A DNA stretch of 64,000 bases from Candidatus Enterousia sp. (GTDB lineage Bacteria > Pseudomonadota > Alphaproteobacteria > Rs-D84). The position numbers and the translations under genes are program-made. Shown piece after piece: positions 31,052 through 40,159 of this stretch. The DNA is taken from the NCBI GenBank assembly GCA_045592905.1, contig JAZNVR010000001.1:16219-80218 (forward strand), given 5' to 3'. Within the stretch, counting starts at the first letter, position 1. Each line of letters begins with the position of its first letter. Below the pieces are notes generated by a model. It saw only the letters and a program-made list of their open reading frames with translations. It made no database searches and had not been told where the DNA came from.

Positions 31052-31502
31052 AACAAAAGGTAAAACTATGACATGTGCTGAATTTTTATCTGCAATGCAA
31101 TCACGCGACGCAAAAATTTTTGCACCCGCACATCAAAATCAAGTTTTATTATTAAATGGTGCCTTGCAACAACGCAGGTACGCCATGTTACCATCTTCGT
31201 TAAACGAACTATACGGTCAAATTGGTGCAATAAATCTGGATATGGGATATATATTTGGTCCAAATGAAATCATGCGAAAATCAACATATCCAATTCCCAG
31301 CATATTAAAAATAAATGATGATATTGCACCCCTGGGTAAAACGATGGGAAAAACAATATTTGGCAGAAATGATTTATTCTGGTTTGCCTTTGATGCATTT
31401 GGCACATTTTATATGTTGGACAATTTGCATTTAACACCATTACGAAAATACGATGAACCATATCATGCAATGATTGATTGTTTAATTTCTGGAAAAATTT
31501 AA
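31029..31502 (+). CDS. hypothetical protein, weakly SMI1/KNR4 (SUKH)-like
   Basis: LPSSLNELYGQIG and LFWFAFDAFGTFYMLD resemble SUKH immunity-protein motifs. Tentative. Confidence 0.3.
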   Translation: MLRIVTYKTKGKTMTCAEFLSAMQSRDAKIFAPAHQNQVLLLNGALQQRRYAMLPSSLNELYGQIGAINLDMGYIFGPNEIMRKSTYPIPSILKINDDIAPLGKTMGKTIFGRNDLFWFAFDAFGTFYMLDNLHLTPLRKYDEPYHAMIDCLISGKI

Positions 31503-31503
31503 T

Positions 31504-31722
31504 ATGAAAAAAATATCTGTATCTTTATCGGGCCACCAAACCAGCATTACACTGGAAACAGAATTTTTTGATGCGTTACAAAAACTGTCTATACGGCAGA
31601 ATCGTTCGGTCGCAGCAATTATAAACGAAATTGATTCCACACGAACCCCCGACAGAAATTTATCATCTGCGGTACGTGTTTGGGTATTACAACAAACAAT
31701 TCTGCGTTTCAGCGATAATTAA
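31504..31722 (+). CDS. ribbon-helix-helix protein (RHH_4, PF13467-like)
   Basis: VSLSGHQTSITLETEFFDAL...NLSSAVRVWVL matches the alphaproteobacterial RHH_4 consensus. Confidence 0.6.
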   Translation: MKKISVSLSGHQTSITLETEFFDALQKLSIRQNRSVAAIINEIDSTRTPDRNLSSAVRVWVLQQTILRFSDN

Positions 31723-31976
31723 TTTTTTGCCTCATCTTTCTGCCAAAAGAAATCAAATTGTTTTGATTGGGTTCTCCCACCTGCAGCCACCGGCGACCAC
31801 TTTTTGGTATAAACGCCATTATTTTTCAAACCATCCAACATTTTGCCATTTTTAATATCTTGACGTGATGCATTTTGAAATTTTCTTTCATCTGATAACT
31901 TTTTTGTTTCTTTAGCAACACTAACAATTATACTCTGTTCACTAGAATAATCATCAATGGCCTTATCATATTGCAT
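31719..31976 (-). CDS. hypothetical protein
   Basis: 85 aa. Overlaps the end of the RHH gene by 4 bp on the opposite strand. Confidence 0.3.
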   Translation of the reverse strand: MQYDKAIDDYSSEQSIIVSVAKETKKLSDERKFQNASRQDIKNGKMLDGLKNNGVYTKKWSPVAAGGRTQSKQFDFFWQKDEAKN

Positions 31977-32206
31977 AAATGCATCAAAAAAATTAATAAC
32001 AAGAATAAACCACTTGATTTTTCAAGTGGCAGGAGATTCAGAACTATCTTAACGGAAATAGCATTGTGCTTTCAATATATAACACAATTCTCCTGCCTGT
32101 TGCAGGAGTGTTTTCGTTCACCGAACGCCGTTAAAATATGGGTTCTGAAACCCAACACCTTAATATCAAGATGTCATAAGGATTACAACATAAAATAAAA
32201 TTTTTT

Positions 32207-34204
32207 TCAATCACGTGTTTTGGAAAATATAACTGTACCAAGTATTGACACAATCAGTATTATCATCATCCAATAATTTAATCCAGTATCACGATAAACT
32301 GTATTATGTGCACCCCACACAAATCCATCCAATACACCAGACACACCAACTGGCAAAGATGAAATTATCGTACCATCAGATGCAACAAATGCACTGATGC
32401 CAGAATAATTTGCACGTACAATTGGCAATCCCGATTCAATTGCATAACGACGCACCATATCCAAATGCTGATATGTACCGGGCGTATTTCCAAACCAGTT
32501 ATCATTTGTAATATTCACAATTGCATTAGCATTTGTATTATCTGGCAATAATGAATCAGAAAAAATTATTTCATAACATACAGCCGGCACAAATGTAAAA
32601 TCACCGACACTAATAATTTCTGGCCCATCACCTGGGACAATATTTGCAGGTGATGGGAATATTCCAAACGGACTATATTCACCAAACGGAACCAAATGTG
32701 ATTTATTATAAATTCTTTCTATACGTCCGTTTTCATTCGTTACAACCATTGAATTAAATACACCACCAGAATCAAAAGTATTCGCCCCAAACACAACTGG
32801 CTTTTTCAACACAGAAGCCATTTCTATATTATCCGATGGCAAAACCACAAACGGATAAGATGTTTCTGGCATAATAATAATATCAAACACGCCATCAACA
32901 GACGATAATGCGACTAAATTACTTAAATTATATTCTGCACGCTGTAATGCTTCTACCCTATTATGTGTTGCCTTTTGTGATTGCGATGCTGCAGGTTGAA
33001 CAATACGCAATATATGTGTTGCATCATTCATACCATTGCGTGCATTTACAATATTTTGTTCACCAAGTTGCACACCATATACAAGCATTCCAGAAAACAT
33101 CAATAAAACAATCCATACAAATATATTCTTTTTATGTCTTAACAGTTCTACAAAACCTGCAACCATTCCGACGATAATAAACGTCAATCCCAACGCCCCC
33201 CACACAGACATAGAATTTGCAATTACAGGCATTTGAATTGTAACATTTGCAATTGGATTCCATGGGAACCCTGTTAACACCCACTCACGTGCCCACAAGA
33301 CCAAGGTCCAAACACATGCAAATAAAAATATTCTGGATGCAGATGACGTTTTCTTTTGAGATATTGCAACAAACGGCCACGAAAATATTAACCACCCTGC
33401 CAACATCAAACCAATCGCCCCAGGCACAGTCCACATTGCGTATTGTTCGGCAATTTCAGGTGCAACATATATAGAATGTAACACCCACCAAAACATAAAC
33501 AGACCATACATTGCCCCAAATGGTGCCACACGTAAAAATGAGTGCCAAAAACCACCAATTTTTTTATTACGTACCGTTAACCAATACGCACCCCCAACAC
33601 CTAATAATGTCATCCACCATTGATAAAAAGGTGCAAAACCAAACGACGCAATCGCACCAAACACACCGTATAGAACATATTGTTCAACACTATTAACTTT
33701 AACTTTTATTTTTTGTAAAAAATTAATTAACGATGCCCCTGGGCAACAAGAACCATCTGAACAAGAAATACTAAATTCATTTGCATACGGATTTTTTATA
33801 CCCATTTTTGACAGAATTTTTGTTTCTTTGTTTTCCATAACAATTGCATCATCATTATTTATATGGTCATATCCTAATAAATGCAATACGCCATGCACAA
33901 CCATATGTGAAGTATGATTCTTTAATGATATTTTTTCTTGTTTTGCTTCACGTGCAACTGTATCCAACGAGATATAGATATCGCCCAACAAAATATCATC
34001 CCCCAATTCAAAAGACAGTACATTTGTTGGTTTATTAATATTCCGATATTTATGATTAATTTTTTTTATTTCTTTATCATTTGTTAAAATGATAGATACT
34101 TCTGAATTTTTATATTTATCACCCACAACCGCACTTACGATTTTTCCAAAATTTATTTTATATTTTTTCCAACGATTATCATGAATATCAACATATACTT
34201 TCAT
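32207..34204 (-). CDS. fused rRNA maturation endoribonuclease YbeY / apolipoprotein N-acyltransferase Lnt
   Basis: Residues 1-135 are YbeY (PTNVLSF, HGVLHLLGYDH). A Cys-rich linker follows. Residues from about 150 to 665 are Lnt (multi-TM N-terminus, CN-hydrolase domain with AVCYEIIF). One continuous ORF. Confidence 0.7.
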   Translation of the reverse strand: MKVYVDIHDNRWKKYKINFGKIVSAVVGDKYKNSEVSIILTNDKEIKKINHKYRNINKPTNVLSFELGDDILLGDIYISLDTVAREAKQEKISLKNHTSHMVVHGVLHLLGYDHINNDDAIVMENKETKILSKMGIKNPYANEFSISCSDGSCCPGASLINFLQKIKVKVNSVEQYVLYGVFGAIASFGFAPFYQWWMTLLGVGGAYWLTVRNKKIGGFWHSFLRVAPFGAMYGLFMFWWVLHSIYVAPEIAEQYAMWTVPGAIGLMLAGWLIFSWPFVAISQKKTSSASRIFLFACVWTLVLWAREWVLTGFPWNPIANVTIQMPVIANSMSVWGALGLTFIIVGMVAGFVELLRHKKNIFVWIVLLMFSGMLVYGVQLGEQNIVNARNGMNDATHILRIVQPAASQSQKATHNRVEALQRAEYNLSNLVALSSVDGVFDIIIMPETSYPFVVLPSDNIEMASVLKKPVVFGANTFDSGGVFNSMVVTNENGRIERIYNKSHLVPFGEYSPFGIFPSPANIVPGDGPEIISVGDFTFVPAVCYEIIFSDSLLPDNTNANAIVNITNDNWFGNTPGTYQHLDMVRRYAIESGLPIVRANYSGISAFVASDGTIISSLPVGVSGVLDGFVWGAHNTVYRDTGLNYWMMIILIVSILGTVIFSKTRD

Positions 34205-34223
34205 AAGTACTTTCCTTTTTGAT

Positions 34224-35615
34224 TTAAGTCAAATTACCACTATATTCTGTTCCATACAACAAAACATCCCGTCTGGCATTTTTCGTATTTTTCTGTCTGA
34301 TTTGTCGTATTGCAGAATTAAAAGAAATTGTTTTGGCGGGCACATCAATTTTATCCTGTTGTACAAAATCCAAGACACTTTTACCTTCTGCGAACTGAGA
34401 TAAGAACGATTTAACTGTTGAAGACTTGCCATATATTTTTGCCTGTTTTAGTGCATATTGCACAGTTTGTTCATTAATTATAAAATGCCCATCTTGATAA
34501 ACCTGTGCCAATGTTATTGATGAAAAAGCATCACGTGGCAAATCAAAAAAATCTTGGGCACTTATTGCACCGACCGCAAAGGCAGCACACCACCAACGTC
34601 TTTTCATTGTACCATCCCGCCATTTTTTTACCCCAGGATAATATTGAAAAGCATCTGCGATTTCTTGTGATGATGTTGCATTTGATACAGCATCTGCAAT
34701 ACTTACCATATCCGATGGGCGCTGATAACCCGCCATCAAAATCGCAATTGCTTGTTGTGCATATATATTTTTTTTATCTTTTATAGCGTTTTTTAGTTTT
34801 GGTAATGTTTCATATATTAAATGTCTTTGTACTTGTTGGTAATTATAATCATGTGTCCACTGTTTTGTTTTACCAGGTGTATTTGGATGTTTATGCAGTA
34901 CAGCATTGTTATCATAAATATAATGCCACGTCAGTCCCAATCCATTTGTTTCACGACTTTCACCAATTTGCAACACAGATTTTTCACGATATGTTTCTAG
35001 TTCTGTTAAACCAACCGCTATATATGGCCAATATTCCGTTAACGATTTTTTTACAAAATCTGCATCTGATGGATTAATTGTTTTTGACTTTACCGTTGTT
35101 CTTATACCAAACGGTCCCTGCTCTTGTTTCTTTTCTACTATTTCTTTTTCATCTTCTGAATTAGAACTTATTTGATTTGAAACCACATGTCCACCGGCAA
35201 ACATCATACTTGCAAAAACCATATAGTACATCAAATAACTTTCCACCCATGGATGCATTGTTGTAAATTTTGTACTGCCTTTATTTTTAGTTGCCTGTTC
35301 TGTATTTCTGATAATAACATTGTCCACCAACAGATAATTTAATCCACGTGTTATATATTCAGACATCCACAGCATTCCAACACCAGACCATTTAGCAAAT
35401 TGTTGTGCATTTTCTTTTAACCAAACAGCCAAATTGTCCAAATCAAGTTGAAAATCCATTTTACCGAAAGCATTCTTATATATTGCACCAACTTGATTCA
35501 AACGAACCGTATCTGGGATGTTTTTTTTCATCAAATTTTCACGCATTTTTTTCAATTTATCTGCGGCACGACGAACATCATCACCACGTTTTTGTGCAAC
35601 TGTTTTTGCAGACAT
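34224..35615 (-). CDS. large hypothetical protein with no signal peptide
   Basis: 463 aa with no recognisable domain. Confidence 0.4.
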   Translation of the reverse strand: MSAKTVAQKRGDDVRRAADKLKKMRENLMKKNIPDTVRLNQVGAIYKNAFGKMDFQLDLDNLAVWLKENAQQFAKWSGVGMLWMSEYITRGLNYLLVDNVIIRNTEQATKNKGSTKFTTMHPWVESYLMYYMVFASMMFAGGHVVSNQISSNSEDEKEIVEKKQEQGPFGIRTTVKSKTINPSDADFVKKSLTEYWPYIAVGLTELETYREKSVLQIGESRETNGLGLTWHYIYDNNAVLHKHPNTPGKTKQWTHDYNYQQVQRHLIYETLPKLKNAIKDKKNIYAQQAIAILMAGYQRPSDMVSIADAVSNATSSQEIADAFQYYPGVKKWRDGTMKRRWWCAAFAVGAISAQDFFDLPRDAFSSITLAQVYQDGHFIINEQTVQYALKQAKIYGKSSTVKSFLSQFAEGKSVLDFVQQDKIDVPAKTISFNSAIRQIRQKNTKNARRDVLLYGTEYSGNLT

Positions 35616-35617
35616 GG

Positions 35618-35974
35618 CTACCCCCTTCCCAGTCCTGATTTTTTAGCAATTCGTGATCGTTTTCTGGAATACGCAGGTGCCACAAACGGATAGTCATTTG
35701 GCAACCCCCATTTTTCCCGATATTGCTGTGGTGTCAGATTAAATTTTCTTTTGATATATCTGCGTAACATCACATGCCATGTTCCATCTTCCAAGCATTG
35801 TATTTTATCAGGATGTACAGAATCTTGAATTTGTTCTTCGGTAACCGTTGTACCACGCAGTATTTCACGTGCATTTTTTACTGCCATTTCCATAGTTAAT
35901 TTTGGATTTGCAGAAATTGCCGCTGCTGCCAAATTCGCAACAGCCAACGTAAAATCAGAATTTTTATTTACCAA
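35618..35974 (-). CDS. mucR: MucR/Ros family transcriptional regulator
   Basis: C-terminus CLEDG...LTPQQYREKWGLPNDYPFVAPAYSRKRSRIAK matches Ros/MucR. A likely TTG start with RBS AAGGA lies near 35974. The ORF-track extension to 36094 would overlap rarA. Confidence 0.7.
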   Translation of the reverse strand: MVNKNSDFTLAVANLAAAAISANPKLTMEMAVKNAREILRGTTVTEEQIQDSVHPDKIQCLEDGTWHVMLRRYIKRKFNLTPQQYREKWGLPNDYPFVAPAYSRKRSRIAKKSGLGRG

Positions 35975-36044
35975 CTTGCCATTTCCTTTATATTTTAATA
36001 GAATAATTATATCACAAATAAACCATAAATAAAAGCCAAGTAAA

Positions 36045-37313
36045 ATGACACGACCACTTGCAGATTTGATGCGTCCGAACACAATAAATGACATTGTAGG
36101 TCAAACTGCATTACTGGGCGAAAACGGCATTGTTCGTCGCATGGTTGAAAACAAAAAATTATCAAATTTGATTCTGTGGGGGCCGCCCGGCTGTGGAAAA
36201 ACAACAATTGCACGTGCATTGGCAAATTCTGTTGATATGGATTTTGTTCCGATGTCTGCAGTATTTTCTGGCACCGCTGATATAAAAAAAGCAATGGATG
36301 CGGCACGTATGAATCGTGACATTGGTCGCAGCACATTACTGTTTATTGATGAAATTCATCGCTTTAATAAAACCCAACAGGATACATTACTGCCATATCT
36401 TGAAGATGGGACTGTTGTATTTATGGGTGCAACCACCGAAAACCCCAGTTTTAATTTGAATAATGCATTATTATCACGTTGCCATATTGGCGTACTGTCG
36501 GGACTGTCCAGCGAAGATTTATTAACATTGATGGCACGTGCTGAAAAATTCTTGGGCAAACAATTACCACTGGATGAAAACGCCCGCACGCACTTGGCAC
36601 AAATGGCAGATGGCGATGCACGATTTTTACTGAACACTGTTGAATATTTAGCAAACGCAAATTTCAAAGACACTTTAACCCCAGATGCCTTGGATTCTGC
36701 CGTACAGAAACGTGCACCACTATCAGACCGACATGGTGACGAACATTATAATTTAATATCTGCGGTGCATAAATCCCTGCGTGCCAGTGATACAGATGCG
36801 GCATTATATTGGGCGGCCCGCATGATGACATCCGGCCAGGACCCAATGTATTTATTTCGTCGTTTGACCCGCTTTGCGGTTGAAGATGTGGGACTTGCCG
36901 ACCCAAACGCATTACAGGTTGCGATTGCGGCATGGAACGCATATGAACGTCTGGGCAGTCCCGAAGGCGACTTGGCCCTGACCCAATTGGTTATATATCT
37001 TGGCACTGCCCCAAAAAGCATTGGCAATTACAAGGCACAAAAGGCTGCATACGCTGCCGCCCACGCCACCGGTTCATTGATGCCACCCAAAAATATATTA
37101 AATGCCCCAACAAAAATGATGAAAGATTTGGGTTATAACGATGGATATATTTATGACCCAGACACAGCAAACGGATTTTCTGGTCAGAATTGTTTTCCCG
37201 AAAGTATGGGTCGTCAAAAATATTATTTCCCTGTTGAACGTGGGTTTGAACGTGAAATCAAAAAGCGTCTTGAATACTGGGACAAACTGCGTGAACAATT
37301 AAAGAAAGATTAA
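36045..37313 (+). CDS. rarA: replication-associated recombination protein A (AAA+ ATPase)
   Basis: Walker A motif GPPGCGKTT and the MgsA C-terminal domain. Confidence 0.85.
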   Translation: MTRPLADLMRPNTINDIVGQTALLGENGIVRRMVENKKLSNLILWGPPGCGKTTIARALANSVDMDFVPMSAVFSGTADIKKAMDAARMNRDIGRSTLLFIDEIHRFNKTQQDTLLPYLEDGTVVFMGATTENPSFNLNNALLSRCHIGVLSGLSSEDLLTLMARAEKFLGKQLPLDENARTHLAQMADGDARFLLNTVEYLANANFKDTLTPDALDSAVQKRAPLSDRHGDEHYNLISAVHKSLRASDTDAALYWAARMMTSGQDPMYLFRRLTRFAVEDVGLADPNALQVAIAAWNAYERLGSPEGDLALTQLVIYLGTAPKSIGNYKAQKAAYAAAHATGSLMPPKNILNAPTKMMKDLGYNDGYIYDPDTANGFSGQNCFPESMGRQKYYFPVERGFEREIKKRLEYWDKLREQLKKD

Positions 37314-37340
37314 AAAATCCCCCAAACGGGGAATTTGTTA
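37312..37340. terminator. hairpin terminator between convergent genes
   Basis: TCCCC-AAAC-GGGGA followed by T-rich sequence. Confidence 0.45.
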
Positions 37341-38102
37341 TTTGTTATTCATCCAAGGATTATTCCATTGTGCATTTTGACTGCGTGCCTCATTATATAA
37401 TTTATTGATATTAGACCTATGATGATTCAAGCAACTCTGAAAATTTGCTTTTTTCCCCAAATAAGTTGTGCTTTTACAATTATTCAATGTATCACCCTTG
37501 CATGGGTCGTCTGTCTTGTCTGTACTTGGCATTGCATTACAAATTAACTCATAATCTTTGCCCAACTGCTTTTTCACCGCAGGAGTTGACGGCGATGTGC
37601 CATTACCAGACATATTATAAATTGTCGTATAATTTTCATTAAAACATTCTACCCGTTCCAGTGCATCCATTATTGAATTACAATCTTTGATACCGGTCAT
37701 AAAGATATTCATATTTGTTTGTTTGTACGAAGCATCAGAAGTATCTTCTCTGTTTTTACTGGCACCAGCGGCCTGCAAGTTTGTTGTTAAAACCGCTTTT
37801 TCAAGTTGTGTTTTGAATCGCCGCAACATAGATTCCATTTGTTCATAATGGCGATACATCTGTTGTGTTATCAATTCGGTTTTCATTGCGACAACATCAC
37901 GCATTAAATCACGTTCTGCAGACGTTGGGTTGCTTGTATTTCCAATATTATATGCATGCGTTGAACACAATGCGAATTCAGCCGCAATCGCATCATTATC
38001 ATCATTTTCACAACCATTATCTGCGAAAGTCGGCATAACAACAGCCATCAGCATTACACTGACCATCAAAATTTTAGCAAAGATTTCTTTTATTGTTTTC
38101 AT
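37338..38102 (-). CDS. secreted cysteine-containing hypothetical protein
   Basis: Signal peptide. 4-bp overlap with the upstream gene indicates an operon. Confidence 0.4.
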   Translation of the reverse strand: MKTIKEIFAKILMVSVMLMAVVMPTFADNGCENDDNDAIAAEFALCSTHAYNIGNTSNPTSAERDLMRDVVAMKTELITQQMYRHYEQMESMLRRFKTQLEKAVLTTNLQAAGASKNREDTSDASYKQTNMNIFMTGIKDCNSIMDALERVECFNENYTTIYNMSGNGTSPSTPAVKKQLGKDYELICNAMPSTDKTDDPCKGDTLNNCKSTTYLGKKANFQSCLNHHRSNINKLYNEARSQNAQWNNPWMNNK

Positions 38103-40102
38103 TTTTTTGGTTTTTGTAGAATTTTTTGCATCATATCACTTATTTTGTTTTTGTCTTCTACTGTTAGACTAGCGACACTTCCGGTTAATTTTGTTTCAAT
38201 TTTTCCTTCAACACACCAGTGTGTATTATAGTCTGTTATTACTTTATCATCACAATAACATTTACCATCACGATATTCACCCAGAGCAATAGTTTCACAC
38301 TGCCTTTGTTGTGCAGTATCTTGTTTTATTAACTTTTCCTTTTCTTTTATAGATCTAATTGACTCCCCATCCCAACAATAGTCACTGCTGGTAATCTTAC
38401 ATAACATTTCTTCATATCTACAATTAGTATTACTATCTGCACAACCCCAGTCAAGATCCGCATATGCATGCAATTCATCAATTTGATCACACGCAGCCTC
38501 ACTTACATAAATATATTTTGAACAATTATCTCTAAACACATAATCACCATAACCAATTACACCTTCGGTTGCAATATTACGATACAGGTCATCATATGAA
38601 ACACAAATGTTACTGGACGGTAATTTCTTTTGTGAAATTGCATTACGCAGACGTTCATATCCACGTGGTGTCAACGCACAATATTTTGTCTTTTCCAGTG
38701 CTGCATCATTCGCCCGGGGCATAAACCTATTATTGCCAGAATATTCCGGTGCATCTTGTAAAATCATACGTTCCAGGGTTTCTAAATCAACCGTCCTGTT
38801 TTTATTACTTTTTCTGCGTCCCAATACAGAAATTGATTCCAATGCCGATGTTGCACAGCCAACACGTATTAATTTTTCCCCATCATACGCTTCACTTAAC
38901 CAGTTACGTTCAACTGTATCTTCATCACTGTCCCCGGTAATAATACCAATTTGCGAACAACGAACATCATCTTGGGGTGGAATAATTTGATTTTTATGAC
39001 ATTCTTGGTTACCACGACTATATGTACCATTAACAACAGATTTTCCACCTACGCAGTCATCTTCATACTTTTTTGGTTGATGCTCAGTCGTGCCATCACC
39101 TGTGCACATATATTTTCCCCACTTGTTGCACGTTCCAGACAACATCATAATAACATCAGATATATCAACGCCAACCGCCAATGCTGTATCCAATGCATCA
39201 TACATTTCATCTGCAATCGCATCATATGGTTCAAAAAAACCCATTGCTTTTTCTTTGAATATTTTCACACGCTTTGGTCCGGTACAATTATTACCACGTG
39301 CATCACAACCCGCATATTGAAAAATATTATCCATTGTTCTTTTCAATTCTTTTAATTGTGCTTCGGCATTTTCAATAGAAGATAAAATTTGACCAGAAAC
39401 CTGTTGGCGTACCAATATATCTTCGGAAACACCAGAATCAATTGCGGCCTGTTGTGCAACGGTAACGCCCTGTGCCGTTTGTGCATCAATTTTTGCCTGT
39501 TGGGCAGCCGCAGCCTGGGCTTGGGCCTGGGCGACCAATGCCTTTTGTTCATCCAATGCCGCCTGCATAGATGCCATTTGTTGTGCATTTTGTTGTGCAT
39601 TTTGTTGCTGCAGTTGTGCCTGCATCTGTTGCATTTGTGCCTGCATTTGTTGCATTTGCTGACTGTTTTGTGCGGCGGCTGCCTGGGCCGCAGCAGTTTG
39701 AGCCGCCAATTGTTTCTCTTGAAATTTTGCATTAGCATTGGCAACAATCTGTGCAGCAATAGACTGCACCAATGTATCGCCATGCTTTTTACAATTTGTA
39801 TTTGAATTTACACAACCTTCTACAATTGGTTTCGCAATTTCCAAACTGGTACATGCACTGCATTTTGGTTGTGCACAACGCATAATCAACGCATCACAAT
39901 TTCCAAAATCTGCAGTTGGTGCCGCACCCCCACTGGCCAATGTGCGGTTGTTCATCAACGTATTCCAATTATTATTATTTGTTGCACCACTGTTACCATT
40001 CCATGCGGTTAAATTACTGCCCGCAGTGGTTGCAACATTTGCCCCAGAAACACATGGGACAAAAAACATCAGCAACAATAAAAATCGCTTAAAGTATTTC
40101 AT
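38099..40102 (-). CDS. secreted cysteine-rich protein with poly-Q/A coiled-coil tract
   Basis: Signal peptide MKYFKRFLLLLMFFVPCVSGA, more than 40 Cys, and a Gln/Ala repeat region. Confidence 0.45.
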   Translation of the reverse strand: MKYFKRFLLLLMFFVPCVSGANVATTAGSNLTAWNGNSGATNNNNWNTLMNNRTLASGGAAPTADFGNCDALIMRCAQPKCSACTSLEIAKPIVEGCVNSNTNCKKHGDTLVQSIAAQIVANANAKFQEKQLAAQTAAAQAAAAQNSQQMQQMQAQMQQMQAQLQQQNAQQNAQQMASMQAALDEQKALVAQAQAQAAAAQQAKIDAQTAQGVTVAQQAAIDSGVSEDILVRQQVSGQILSSIENAEAQLKELKRTMDNIFQYAGCDARGNNCTGPKRVKIFKEKAMGFFEPYDAIADEMYDALDTALAVGVDISDVIMMLSGTCNKWGKYMCTGDGTTEHQPKKYEDDCVGGKSVVNGTYSRGNQECHKNQIIPPQDDVRCSQIGIITGDSDEDTVERNWLSEAYDGEKLIRVGCATSALESISVLGRRKSNKNRTVDLETLERMILQDAPEYSGNNRFMPRANDAALEKTKYCALTPRGYERLRNAISQKKLPSSNICVSYDDLYRNIATEGVIGYGDYVFRDNCSKYIYVSEAACDQIDELHAYADLDWGCADSNTNCRYEEMLCKITSSDYCWDGESIRSIKEKEKLIKQDTAQQRQCETIALGEYRDGKCYCDDKVITDYNTHWCVEGKIETKLTGSVASLTVEDKNKISDMMQKILQKPKK
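39490..39720. repeat. imperfect short tandem repeats (CAG/CAA-rich) encoding the poly-Q/A tract
   Basis: Reiterated units tgcctgcatYtgttgcatttg / ttgttgtgcatt. Confidence 0.6.
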
Positions 40103-40159
40103 ATTCTCTCTATAAATAAAATTTTACCATATTTTAAGTTTATATAAAAGCAAAAAATG

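Noticed and set aside
35975-36094. N-terminal extension of the mucR ORF
   Set aside because: It overlaps the rarA start on the opposite strand. Alignment to Ros/MucR begins near the TTG at 35974, which has an RBS.
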